Below, in pieces: positions 10,174 to 24,636 of a stretch of DNA of 64,000 nucleotides. The DNA comes from Spirochaetota bacterium (lineage in GTDB: Bacteria > Spirochaetota > UBA4802 > UBA5550), in the NCBI GenBank assembly GCA_963664815.2, contig CAXXHB010000002.1:480001-544000 (forward strand), written 5' to 3'. How positions within the stretch are numbered: position 1 is the first letter of the stretch; each line of letters starts with the position of its first letter. The notes under the pieces are model-generated. The model saw only the letters and a list, made by a program, of their open reading frames with translations. It ran no database searches and was not told the origin of the DNA. A program made the translations under genes and the position numbers.

Positions 10174-12216
10174 ATGTTAAAAAATATTCATGGAAAGACT
10201 GCAATGAACAAATTTAAGGTTGTATCTCCATATAAATCGTCACCAGATCAGATCAAAGTAATCGATAGCCTTGTTAAAGGAATTAACTCCGGAAATAAGT
10301 TTCAGACACTAATGGGGGTAACCGGTTCCGGAAAAACCTACTCAATGGCCAGAATTATTGAATCTGTTAATAAACCGTCACTTGTTCTGACGCATAATAA
10401 AACACTTGCCGCACAATTATTCCGTGAGTTTAGTGAATTTTTCCCCGATAACGCTGTGGAATATTTCGTTTCCTATTATGATTACTACCAGCCGGAAGCA
10501 TATGTTGTATCTTCAGACCTCTATATAGAAAAAGATGCATCGATAAACGACGAGATAGACAGGCTAAGGCTCAAGGCATCATCATCACTGCTTGAGAGAA
10601 GGGATGTTGTTGTAGTCTCTTCTGTATCATGCATTTACGGCCTTGGTAGACCGGAGAATTTCGAAAAGTCACACATAGTAATCAGGAAGGGGCAGGAGAT
10701 CGTGAGAGATGATCTTCTGAGAAAGCTGATAGCTATTCATTATGACAGAAATGATATAGCTTTTACTCGTGGAATGTTCAAAGTGAAAGGGGATATAATT
10801 GATATATATCCGGCGTACCTTAAGCAGGAGGCTTTCAGAATTGAGCTTTTCGGAGATGAAGTGGAAAAGTTAACGATATTCGATCCGGTCAGTGGTGAGG
10901 TGTTACACGAAACTGATACCTGCATAGTATTTCCTGCAAAACATTTCATAGCTGATCCCGGAGATATGAAACTTTCTATTGAAATGATTGCGGCAGAACT
11001 TGAACAGAGGCTTGAAGTTTTCCGTAAGGAGGGTAAGCTTTTAGAGGCGCAGAGGCTTGAAAGCCGCACAAAATATGATATGGAGATGCTCATTGAAACA
11101 GGTTACTGCAGTGGAATAGAAAACTACTCCAGGATTATGGACAGAAGGGAGGAGGGGGAGAGGCCTGCTTGTCTTCTTGATTATTTTAAAAATGATTACC
11201 TTCTGCTTGTTGATGAGTCTCATGCGACTATACCTCAGGTTAGGGGGATGTATGCAGGGGACAGGGCAAGAAAGGAGAACCTGGTGAATTATGGATTTCG
11301 TCTACCTTCAGCGCTTGATAACAGACCTCTGGTATTTGATGAATTTGAATCTATAATTAAAAATGTGATATTCGTATCGGCCACTCCTGCTGAATATGAA
11401 CTTGAAAAATCTGAAAATATTGTTGAGCAGGTAATACGTCCCACGGGCCTTCTTGATCCTGAAATTGAAATAAGACCGGCAGCATTCCAGGTGGACAATC
11501 TTATAGGAGAGATCAGAAAAAGAGCGGAGGAGAAGGAGCGTGTACTTGTTACAACTCTTACCAAGAAAATGGCGGAGGATCTAGCACAGTATTTTGACGA
11601 AGTGGGAATAAAGTCGAGGTATCTTCATTCAGATATTGATACCATCGAACGGGTGGAGATTATCCGGGATCTCCGGAAAGGAGAGTTTGATTGTCTCATA
11701 GGAATAAACCTGTTACGGGAGGGGCTTGATATCCCGGAGGTTTCGCTTGTGGCGATACTTGATGCTGATAAGGAGGGTTTCCTGCGCTCCAAGCGTTCAC
11801 TTATACAGACTGCCGGGAGGGCGGCAAGAAATCTTAACGGGAAAGTAATAATGTATGCTGATAAAATAACAGGATCGATGCAGGAGGCCATTGATGAAAC
11901 AAACAGAAGAAGAAAAATTCAGAAAGAGCATAACAGGATTAATAATATAAAACCGGAATCGATAAAGAAAGATATTCTTGATATGCTTGAGAGAGAATAC
12001 ATCAAAGAAAACTCGTATATTAATTATGTTGCAGACAACTCAAATGCCTATAGAAGTAATAATATTAAAGACCTTGAGGATCTGAAACTCGAACTTAAAG
12101 AAAAAATGCTGATGTCGGCCGACAGTCTTGAATTTGAAAAGGCTGCAGCAATAAGGGATCAGATGATAGATATAGAAAGGAAAATTGAACTATTGAAAAA
12201 AAAGAAAAAAAATTAA
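10174..12216 (+). CDS. uvrB: Excinuclease ABC subunit B (real start possibly ATG 10204)
   Basis: [48 protein letters not shown] and a C-terminal UVR motif. Confidence 0.99.
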   Translation: MLKNIHGKTAMNKFKVVSPYKSSPDQIKVIDSLVKGINSGNKFQTLMGVTGSGKTYSMARIIESVNKPSLVLTHNKTLAAQLFREFSEFFPDNAVEYFVSYYDYYQPEAYVVSSDLYIEKDASINDEIDRLRLKASSSLLERRDVVVVSSVSCIYGLGRPENFEKSHIVIRKGQEIVRDDLLRKLIAIHYDRNDIAFTRGMFKVKGDIIDIYPAYLKQEAFRIELFGDEVEKLTIFDPVSGEVLHETDTCIVFPAKHFIADPGDMKLSIEMIAAELEQRLEVFRKEGKLLEAQRLESRTKYDMEMLIETGYCSGIENYSRIMDRREEGERPACLLDYFKNDYLLLVDESHATIPQVRGMYAGDRARKENLVNYGFRLPSALDNRPLVFDEFESIIKNVIFVSATPAEYELEKSENIVEQVIRPTGLLDPEIEIRPAAFQVDNLIGEIRKRAEEKERVLVTTLTKKMAEDLAQYFDEVGIKSRYLHSDIDTIERVEIIRDLRKGEFDCLIGINLLREGLDIPEVSLVAILDADKEGFLRSKRSLIQTAGRAARNLNGKVIMYADKITGSMQEAIDETNRRRKIQKEHNRINNIKPESIKKDILDMLEREYIKENSYINYVADNSNAYRSNNIKDLEDLKLELKEKMLMSADSLEFEKAAAIRDQMIDIERKIELLKKKKKN

Positions 12217-12280
12217 ATATTTTCCGTTTTTAATATCTACCGGAAAATATTTCAGAAGTGATAAGGCTGGTTCTCCGGCC

Positions 12281-12574
12281 TTATCGCTGTTTTCTGTCTG
12301 TTATATCTCTATGGTGTTCGCAAAGCCTGTAAAGTTTGCCTGTTTTAGTATTTTTGTCGGTAACTTTAACACCGCATCTTACACAGAGCCCCTGTTCTCT
12401 TCTTGATTTATAAAGGCGCATATATCTTTCTGTTCCTGATGATTTGTATTTACTCACCTGGATTCTGAAACCCTTGAATAGATAGTTTCCTATTGAACTT
12501 TCAGATCCTTCTTTAATATCTTCAAGGACTTTTTCAAGAGCTTTTATTGTTACTTTTTTAGGTTCCATAGACAT
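12281..12574 (-). CDS. Small basic conserved protein with a CxxC...CxxH zinc-binding-like motif (resembles Leptospira LIC10235-type proteins)
   Basis: YLFKGFRIQVSKY...GLCVRCG...GKLYRLCEHHR. Family assignment is from memory. Confidence 0.75.
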   Translation of the reverse strand: MSMEPKKVTIKALEKVLEDIKEGSESSIGNYLFKGFRIQVSKYKSSGTERYMRLYKSRREQGLCVRCGVKVTDKNTKTGKLYRLCEHHRDITDRKQR

Positions 12575-13173
12575 TTCCTGTGAAATTTTTTTAAATATAT
12601 TTAAAGATTTTTTTATAAAAACTGAATCTTTAACAGGAGTAAGATACCAACCTGTTTTAAATAATGCTGCTGGCGGTTAAAACACATTTACCGAAGACAA
12701 CATTTTATATTCCGGATGATATTCTTTTGTTTTAGAATTTCTCATTCAGGGAGAATCAGAGTTTTTAGTAAATTTCTTTAAAATTTTAATTAATGAACAT
12801 TAAAAAATTATAGTATATCTTTTCAATAAAAAAAAGTAGATGGAAATATTAAATTATTCTATCTGTAAAAATTATATATAAAAACTGGTGATTATTTTCA
12901 GAATTTTCATAAAAATGTATAAAATGTCCTTTTATTGCCTTATTAATTATGTTCTTCCTTGGTGATAGTGTTTTAGTTTATAATGAAATCCATAAAAATT
13001 TATAAAATGATAAAAAACCTGATTTTAATAATTTATATCTTAAATATCTGCCAAGTTTTACCAGCAATAATTTAAATGAAGAAAATTTCATTGCTATACG
13101 ATTTCTTGTGGAGATCATTATTTAACTTGACTGCGAAATTAAAATATTAAGTAAGTTATTTCAAATTTTAAAC

Positions 13174-13258
13174 AGAGCAAAATCGGATGTAGAAACATAT
13201 TTATATTCACATTTTCAAAAGTGAATATAAATCTTCTGCAGAGTTTGTCTTTTTTTTT
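13174..13258 (+). terminator. Long hairpin plus T-run upstream of 13293 (terminator/attenuator candidate)
   Basis: Perfect 12-bp arms ATTTATATTCAC (13199-13210) / GTGAATATAAAT (13221-13232), extended by TGTAGAA/TTCTGCA, followed by a run of 9 T. Confidence 0.55.
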
Positions 13259-13292
13259 AAAGTAAATTTTATTTTATCGGAGGGGTGATTTA

Positions 13293-13694
13293 GTGGAATG
13301 GTGGATATTGTATATAATACTGGCAATAGTAATCGGGGCGCTGGTTGCGGGATATTTCTTTCTTAAAAAAAAGATGGAAGCTAAAATGTCTGTTCAGAAG
13401 GAGCTTGTTGATCAGCATAAGATAACAACAACAATCCTTATCCTTGAAAAGCGGAAGGATAAATTAAAAAATGCAAATATACCGAAGTCTGTTATTGACC
13501 AGATACCTAAAATTTATAAAATAAGAAAAGTTCCAATTGTTAAAGCAAAGATAGGTCCGCAGGTTATGGATCTTTTGTGTGAAGAGGAAATCTATGATAA
13601 ACTTCCTGAGAAAAAGAGTATAAAAGTTGAGATGGCGGGAATTTTTATTGCAGGTATAAGTAAAGGGACAAATACAAATAAAGGACGCAGATAG
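13293..13694 (+). CDS. Conserved hypothetical protein with an N-terminal TM helix
   Basis: Strong SD (GGAGGGG) before GTG, N-terminal hydrophobic helix, basic cytoplasmic domain (PIVKAKIGPQVM). Confidence 0.85.
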   Translation: MEWWILYIILAIVIGALVAGYFFLKKKMEAKMSVQKELVDQHKITTTILILEKRKDKLKNANIPKSVIDQIPKIYKIRKVPIVKAKIGPQVMDLLCEEEIYDKLPEKKSIKVEMAGIFIAGISKGTNTNKGRR

Positions 13695-13751
13695 TTTTTA
13701 ACAGATGCCCCGTTTTATTTTAAAAAAAATTAAGTTAGTAAAAAAATTACG

Positions 13752-13915
13752 TTGACAGAAGTGTGAGTAGAAAACTATGGTCATTTTTGTTGGTGAGGGA
13801 GACTTTGCTGATGTGGAGTACCGGTAGGTGAGAAGGTAGAGAAAATTTTTTGTTTTACAAAAAATTTATAAAATACTGACAAAAAGCTTGACGGGAAAAG
13901 GGTGGTTGCATAATT
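13752..13915 (+). promoter_or_regulatory. Tandem sigma70-like rRNA promoters (candidates)
   Basis: TTGACA...TATGGT (from 13752) and TTGACG...CATAAT (from ~13888) upstream of 16S. Spacings are slightly non-ideal. Confidence 0.5.
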
Positions 13916-14052
13916 TGAAATCACGGTAAGCGAATAGCTTGCCAGAGTAAGAATCTGAAAACTACTAAGAGATTAGTAAAGTGTCGGAATCTCCATGGAG
14001 CCTGAGAGGGTATAGTTGGAGATTTTTTTTGCTCATTTAGAACCATCGGGTT

Positions 14053-14077
14053 TGCTCTTTGAAAACTGAGTAGTATT
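14053..14077 (+). promoter_or_regulatory. boxA antitermination site and 5' arm of the 16S processing stem
   Basis: TGCTCTTTGAAA (boxA-like). AAAACTGAGTAGTATT pairs with AATACTACTCAGTTTT at 15723-15738. Confidence 0.75.
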
Positions 14078-14148
14078 AGACAAAAGAAGTAAAGCTTACA
14101 AGAAAGCTAGAAGTTAAGTTTTGAAAATGATTTTCTATGAAAATAAAT

Positions 14149-15698
<1,550 letters not shown>

Positions 15699-15789
15699 AT
15701 AAGGATAGATAATAACAGTCAAAATACTACTCAGTTTTGAAATAGTAAACCCTGAAAAGGCCTTTATCTTAGTATAAATATAAGAAACA

Positions 15790-15863
15790 GGGCCTGTAGC
15801 TCAGATGGTTAGAGCGAACGACTGATAATCGTTAGGTAGGTGGTTCGACTCCACTCAGGCCCA
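15790..15863 (+). tRNA. tRNA-Ile(GAT)
   Basis: GGGCCTG/CAGGCCC acceptor stem, anticodon arm AACGA-CTGATAA-TCGTT, T-loop GGTTCGACTCC. CCA not encoded. Confidence 0.97.
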
Positions 15864-15883
15864 ATTGATATGAAAAATATCTT

Positions 15884-15956
15884 GGGGGTGTAGCTCAGCT
15901 GGGAGAGCATCTGCCTTGCACGCAGAGGGTCATCGGTTCGATCCCGTTCACCTCCA
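15884..15956 (+). tRNA. tRNA-Ala(TGC)
   Basis: GGGGGTG/CACCTCC acceptor stem with G3:U70, anticodon arm TCTGC-CTTGCAC-GCAGA. Confidence 0.97.
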
Positions 15957-16153
15957 AATGCCGGATAAATGTCCTGCTTAAAATCAGAAAAGCTTTCTGA
16001 TCTTAAATAGGGCCTTTAACCGGCCCGGATCTTTTAAAACGGTTAAGTCTAAAATGAAAGTCTCATTTAACTTAACAATACAATAGTAATCGAGTTGAAA
16101 ATTGATCGAGCGATTCTGCTATCGTACGTTTACGATAGCAGAAAAAATAATAT

Positions 16154-19158
<3,005 letters not shown>

Positions 19159-19166
19159 ATATTATT

Positions 19167-19197
19167 AAAAAACCCTCTGCAGCGCAGAGGGTTTTTT
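19167..19197 (+). terminator. Intrinsic terminator directly after 23S
   Basis: AAAAAACCCTCTGC-AGC-GCAGAGGGTTTTTT, 8 nt after the 23S end. Confidence 0.9.
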
Positions 19198-19963
19198 ATT
19201 TGCTTTTTTTTATGAATAAAGAAAACAAATAAAAAATATCCGGTCAGTTATTAAACCAATGCCTCAAGGTAAACAAGAAACAGTACACATAAAATCATAA
19301 GAACAGCAATGATTATCTTTGCATAAAAACAATTAGTCCCTTAAAAAGAAGATCCTGAAATGACGCTGTTCTATTTGATGTGATTTTCATGTACTTTTAA
19401 TAATATAGCCTGTCAATAACCGCCAGGTAATCAAAGTTAGATGAAATAATGCATAATAATTCATAATCATGGTTAATTATTGTTACCTCAATATTACAAC
19501 ACAGAAAAATGTTCACATACTGTTTCGGCGGATCGATATTTCGCGGAATGAGAGAACGTGATGTTTCAGGCGATTCCAGTGCAGCTTTTGTCTCGCCGGT
19601 CAACTGTAGTATCTGCACAGGAAAAGATTTTAAAGCAAGCCCTGTTCAAAACTTCCCATAACAGCAAGGTGATTTTTAAAGATTTCTGCATTTTCAAACA
19701 GAAATGAAAGTGAGAAAAGCATAAAATTCTTCAGCGTTAAGGAGAAAAGTCACTGTGTATTCATTTTTTGCAGAGAGGGAGATGGATAAATTGGTTTAAA
19801 CCCAATGTTTAAGAAGTCGATACTTTTAAACCTTATCGCAGGATTGCAAAGCCGCGATAATTGAAGTTTTTGTAAATATTGCATTAAAATCGCTTGAATT
19901 TTTTTATAAAGGTTTTAGTATTACTGTCATGCGGGTATTATTTTGTAAAATTTTCCCAAGCGC

Positions 19964-20192
19964 AAAGTTTAATTAACTGATAGTGACAGATAACAGATTT
20001 GTCAAGAGGGAATTACTTTTTTGCTTCCGACACTTCGATGTTGCTCAGTGCAAGTGCTTCGACCCGGTCGGTGAGCGTAGTCGAACCACAGCACAAGTAA
20101 GGTCTGGTATGTCCCCTGAATCAGGGGCGGGGCGGGGCGGGGCAGGATATTTTAAGTGTTTTAATTTTAATAAGAGGAGTTTCCTAAATCAA
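19964..20192. repeat. Direct repeat copy 1 (contains REP-like CTTCGA..GCTCAG / TGAGCGTAGTCGAA units and a TGACA-N11-TGTCA palindrome)
   Basis: About 150 nt nearly identical to 25821-25967, with similarity resuming to GAGGAGTTTCCTA.ATCAA. Confidence 0.9.
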
Positions 20193-20237
20193 AAATTAAA
20201 GATCTATTAATAGAATATTTCTTATGGAGAATATAAA

Positions 20238-21104
20238 ATGAATAATTTATTTAAATCAGTATCCGTAATCATTTTATTGAATGCAACTCTGTTTTCATGT
20301 GGACGTTTTTCGGTAAAAGACATACCTCCTCAGAACCTTTTATCAGGGACTTATGTTCTCAATGAAAAAGTAACTAATGATTCTAATAATAGTTTATTTC
20401 AAAACAGAAAAGGTGATTTTAAATTTAATTATGTTCAGGATATTAATTTATCATATAATAACACACAGATACAGGAGAGGGTTTCCGGAAAATATAATAA
20501 TTTATCAAATGATCCAAACGGTGGTGATATAGGCGTATCAGATGGAAATGAAAAACGTGAATTTAAAATCGGGAGTATCAATGCTGCTACAGAGATTATT
20601 TATAAAGTCGAATACTATAAGCTTTTAGGAAGTTATGAAAATTCTATCGATTACCGTTTTAATTATAATATTATTCATTTGTTAGATGGGAAAAAAATTC
20701 CCGGCACCCATTTGGTGAATGGTACTGGCTGGTGCGGTAGGGGGGATTGTAAAGTAGGTCTTGATTCAGAAGAAATAAATCTTAATTTGTTCGGTAAAGC
20801 TTTTATTGGAAAGATAACATATCCAGGGCATAAAGGACTTTATTTGCGTAATTATAATTTTAAATATGGTGATACTGTCATTACTGGTGTTATAGAAAGT
20901 CCCATTTATCATCCATATTTTGATTTTGATTTTAAGTTTGGTGAAAAAAAGCTAAGTGGTCGTTGCATCGTTATTGACGAAAAAACACCCGATACACCTA
21001 ATGTTGGTTTTAATGCAGAAAGCTTATCGAAGGAGGAATTAGTAATATTTATGCTATTTTTCTTTAATGCGATACCAAATAATTTTTATAGAATTTGGTA
21101 TTAA
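20238..21104 (+). CDS. Putative lipoprotein
   Basis: SD GGAG; signal peptide ending in the spirochaetal-type lipobox LFS-C. Confidence 0.8.
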   Translation: MNNLFKSVSVIILLNATLFSCGRFSVKDIPPQNLLSGTYVLNEKVTNDSNNSLFQNRKGDFKFNYVQDINLSYNNTQIQERVSGKYNNLSNDPNGGDIGVSDGNEKREFKIGSINAATEIIYKVEYYKLLGSYENSIDYRFNYNIIHLLDGKKIPGTHLVNGTGWCGRGDCKVGLDSEEINLNLFGKAFIGKITYPGHKGLYLRNYNFKYGDTVITGVIESPIYHPYFDFDFKFGEKKLSGRCIVIDEKTPDTPNVGFNAESLSKEELVIFMLFFFNAIPNNFYRIWY

Positions 21105-21545
21105 TTATTTTATTCCTGTAATATTTTATAACTTTTGCCGGAAGTACCCCAACTTTTATATCCTCCCGGAGGTTTTTTTACTACTTTGTTTAGTCGAGGC
21201 TTTCCCTTCGAATAAGCTCTCTGAATCTTTCAGCTCCCTCAAGTTCATGCTTATAAAACAACGCTTCAAATCCTTCACATTTTATTATGTTATCTTTTAT
21301 AACTTAATCTGTTTCATAATCTCAGTCTGCCTGAAACTTTACATGGTTGACAAAATTTCTTTTTTTAATCAATTAATCCGGATTATTAAGCAGAGGATTA
21401 CAAGTTTGTAAAACAGGCTTCATCAGGATTGCGTTCTTATTTATACTCTGTTAAATATAAAGTATAAAATTATCTTTCCTGAATATCTGGTTTTCAAAGT
21501 ATCAATTATCTTCTTAAATTATATAATTCAAGTTTAGGGTGATGA

Positions 21546-23321
21546 ATGAAAAAAATTGTTTTAATTACCATAACCATTCTTTCCTTCCTGGAAGCCGCAT
21601 ATGGAGAAAATGCAGTCATAGCTGACAAAAAAAAGGATATTATTTTCTGTAATTCATATGTGGATGTACTTGAAGATCCGGGACGGAACCTGGAATTTAA
21701 AGATGTGTTAGATTCCGGGAATTTTACCCGGAAGAACAGTCTCAATCTGGGCCTGACTGCATCACAGTACTGGATGAAGTTTACCATTGCAGTCCCTGCA
21801 GATAATACAGAAAAGCTGGTCATTGTAATTCCCAATACTAAACTTGATATCTGCGAGATATTTCTGCCGGAAAAGGGAGCATACAGATCCGTAATATTCG
21901 GAGAGGATTTACCTTACAATCACAGTAGTAGGGACTTCCACCTGTTCAGTGTTGATTTCAGCAGCTCCCCTGGCGAACACACCATTTATTTGCGCGCCAA
22001 TAATGAAGACTGGTTTGTTCTTCCTGTATTCCTTTTCACAAAGAGCAATTATGAGCGTTTCAGGAACAAAACGAATCTGCTGGACGGTTTGTTATTCGGT
22101 GTGCTGATAATTATGTTTCTTTATTATTCTTTCCTGGGGATTTCCACAAAAGATAAAACGAGTATTTTTTTCTCGGTATATATATTAATACAGGTATCCT
22201 TTGAATTTTTAACATCGGGGCATTTCCAGGAATATTTTCTTCCAAATGGAATTCTGCCTGATTATGTTCACTACACAATACAATTGTGCGGAGCCGGGTT
22301 TTTCCTGTTTTTTTTCAGGTCCTATGTATTTTCGGATCAGGAGAGGCAGCCTTTGTTTGTCAAGGCAATAATGCCGGCAGGACTCCTTGCGCTTTTTCTT
22401 TCACTTATTTCACCTTTTGTACCCATCACATTTGCGGTACTGTCTAATTCCATCATGGCAATCACACTCGCATTAATTGTTATTTTTATCGGGATATATG
22501 CCTGTGTAAAGAAGAACCGGCAGGCATATTTTTTAATGGCCGCACTTTTAGTCACTGCTATGGGGACTATAATTTATAATTCTTTATGGGCAGGTTGGCT
22601 GCCTTTCAACACCCTGACCCTGAGATCTTATCTTGTTGGTTTTATTTTCATGCTGGCTATTCTGGCCTTTGGTATGGCTGACAAGGTAAATATGATCAGC
22701 AGGGAAAACATAAGGCTTGCCAGGCTGGAAAAGGAATACGAGGGTCTGAAATACAGGGTTTTGCAGGAAAGAATAAATCCCCATTTCCTTTTCAATGCTC
22801 TTGCTACCCTGCACTCTATAATGAAAAAAGATATCGGACTTGCAGAAAAGGCTGTTATTTCCCTTTCTAAAATCTACCGGTTCCTGACAGATTCAGCAAC
22901 AAAGGAACTCATCACCATTGATGAAGAGCTGTTATTTGTCTCAAGTTATCTGGAGTTTGAAAAAATTTCATATATATCCGATCTTTCAGTGGAAATTATC
23001 AGAGAGGGATCATTCAGTGAAATTATGATTCCTCCTCTGATTGTACAATCTTTTGTCCGTAATGCTATCAAACATGGTCTTGAAAAACATGGCGGCAAAG
23101 AGCATGTAACGGTTATTGCAAAAAATAAAAATGACATTATAAGCTTTGAAATTCTTGATAATGGCCCTGGCCTGGAAACTGATGACATATATTCAAGGTC
23201 AATTGGCAATATCACTGATCTGCTTAAATACCATTATAAAACCGCACACATCATTGTCGAAAACCGCAATGAAGGGGGAGTCAGAGCCTATATTGAAATA
23301 TCTTTAAATAATGATAAATAA
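21546..23321 (+). CDS. 7TM-DISM sensor histidine kinase, LytS/YehU type
   Basis: Signal peptide, 7TMR-DISMED2-like domain (LNLGLTASQYWMKF), about 7 TM helices, INPHFLFNAL H-box, and PPLIVQSFVRNAIKHG / DNGPG ATPase motifs. Confidence 0.92.
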   Translation: MKKIVLITITILSFLEAAYGENAVIADKKKDIIFCNSYVDVLEDPGRNLEFKDVLDSGNFTRKNSLNLGLTASQYWMKFTIAVPADNTEKLVIVIPNTKLDICEIFLPEKGAYRSVIFGEDLPYNHSSRDFHLFSVDFSSSPGEHTIYLRANNEDWFVLPVFLFTKSNYERFRNKTNLLDGLLFGVLIIMFLYYSFLGISTKDKTSIFFSVYILIQVSFEFLTSGHFQEYFLPNGILPDYVHYTIQLCGAGFFLFFFRSYVFSDQERQPLFVKAIMPAGLLALFLSLISPFVPITFAVLSNSIMAITLALIVIFIGIYACVKKNRQAYFLMAALLVTAMGTIIYNSLWAGWLPFNTLTLRSYLVGFIFMLAILAFGMADKVNMISRENIRLARLEKEYEGLKYRVLQERINPHFLFNALATLHSIMKKDIGLAEKAVISLSKIYRFLTDSATKELITIDEELLFVSSYLEFEKISYISDLSVEIIREGSFSEIMIPPLIVQSFVRNAIKHGLEKHGGKEHVTVIAKNKNDIISFEILDNGPGLETDDIYSRSIGNITDLLKYHYKTAHIIVENRNEGGVRAYIEISLNNDK

Positions 23322-23338
23322 TATCTTTCATAAGGAAT

Positions 23339-23376
23339 TGCAGGTATGGAAAGAGTTGGTTTCTTTTCATACCTGT
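23339..23376. terminator. Hairpin between the convergent kinase and regulator genes
   Basis: TGCAGGTATGGAAAGA...TCTTTTCATACCTGTA inverted repeat. Confidence 0.6.
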
Positions 23377-23463
23377 ATTTGGAGGTCCAGGAACTATACA
23401 GTAATAAAATAGTTCAGGCTGCTGCAGGTTATATATCAGCCAAATGCAACATGCAGGACAGTG

Positions 23464-24192
23464 CTATCCCTTTTGATCCCTTAGAAGCAGATTCTTTACA
23501 TTACTCTGATATGATTTACTAACAGGTATGGGAGTATCATCATCATCCCTTAAAAACAAAAACATAGTGTTATGCTTTGATTTTATATATGACAAATAAG
23601 AAATATTCACAATATATTTCCGGTGGACCCTGAGAAAACGTTCCGGGGGTAGTTTATTTTCAAAAACCTTTAACAGGCATGACGCTTCAAAGTCCATGTC
23701 GGTTGTATGAACTATCGTATTTTTATCACATGCTGTAATGTATGATATTTGGTCATACCCAACATAATAGTTGCTTCTCCTGTTCCTGAAAGAAAGACCG
23801 AGTTCGCTTAAAGACTCCTTAATGCTTTTTTTATCTGTAAGTGAAAGAAATCGATTTATTGAAATATTCAGACGTTCGCTGGTAACAGGCTTGAGTATGT
23901 AATCAATAGCTCCCAGTTCAAATGCCTTGATGGCGTAATCATCATATGAGGTGATGAATACACAATAGGGTGGATTTTCAAGATTTTCAATGAGCTCAAT
24001 TCCGCTGCATCCAGGCAGGTTAATGTCCACAAGCAGCAGGTCTGCCGGGTTTTTACTGATAATATCAACAGCTTCAAGCCCATTCCTTGACCATCCTGAA
24101 AGAACGAGCATGGGATGACTGGCAACATACTCTCTAATCTCAGCAAGCTGATGAATATTGTCTTCGACAATAAAAATTGATTTTTTTTGCAT
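23464..24192 (-). CDS. LytTR-family response regulator
   Basis: Receiver domain (IVED, LVDINLPG, AFELGAIDYILKP) plus LytTR domain (FLRVHRKYIVN, IPVSKSY). Confidence 0.95.
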   Translation of the reverse strand: MQKKSIFIVEDNIHQLAEIREYVASHPMLVLSGWSRNGLEAVDIISKNPADLLLVDINLPGCSGIELIENLENPPYCVFITSYDDYAIKAFELGAIDYILKPVTSERLNISINRFLSLTDKKSIKESLSELGLSFRNRRSNYYVGYDQISYITACDKNTIVHTTDMDFEASCLLKVFENKLPPERFLRVHRKYIVNISYLSYIKSKHNTMFLFLRDDDDTPIPVSKSYQSNVKNLLLRDQKG

Positions 24193-24331
24193 ATTAATCC
24201 TGAAACATAAATCAAAAATGATAATTTTATTCGATGCATTAAGACCGGAATTAAAAATTAAAATACTTTCAAAATCGCATGATATGACAATTGTTTTTAG
24301 TTATTCATTCTTCATTTTGTAAAAAGACCGA

Positions 24332-24361
24332 CATTCACTCTGGATATAACACCATTCACTC
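24332..24361 (+). promoter_or_regulatory. Candidate LytTR operator (9-bp direct repeat, 12-bp spacer)
   Basis: CATTCACTC at 24332-24340 and 24353-24361, just upstream of a TTGTAA -35-like hexamer at 24380. Confidence 0.65.
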
Positions 24362-24636
24362 CAATGTAATAAATAAATCTTGTAAAAGTCTACTATTAAA
24401 ATTTAAATTAACTGGTAAAGGTAAATAGGGGTTTTGAGAATTAGTTTTTTTACTGACCTCTGTTAGGTACGGACTTTGTCCTGCCAATGCAGGCAGGTAA
24501 CGGTTTATCTCCTGAACCGGGCTGTGCAGGAGACTTTGAGTTTTTTAATATGAGATGTTTTCTATTTCGATAAAATATTTAATTAGTGTGGTTTTATAAA
24601 ATCTATTTTTTAACAACATAAATAAAGGAGAGTTTA

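Noticed and set aside
19397-19618. 73-aa minus-strand ORF downstream of the rRNA operon
   Set aside because: No SD or recognisable motif; probably part of a degraded gene.
19983-20210. ORFs MTDNRFVKRE... at 19983 and 25840
   Set aside because: They are translations of the non-coding direct repeat, with GTG starts, no SD and divergent ends.
21067-21411. 114-aa + strand ORF after the lipoprotein
   Set aside because: Its F/I/L-biased composition is typical of an antisense shadow. The minus strand instead holds a short decayed fragment (...FYKHELEGAERFRELIRRESLD*).
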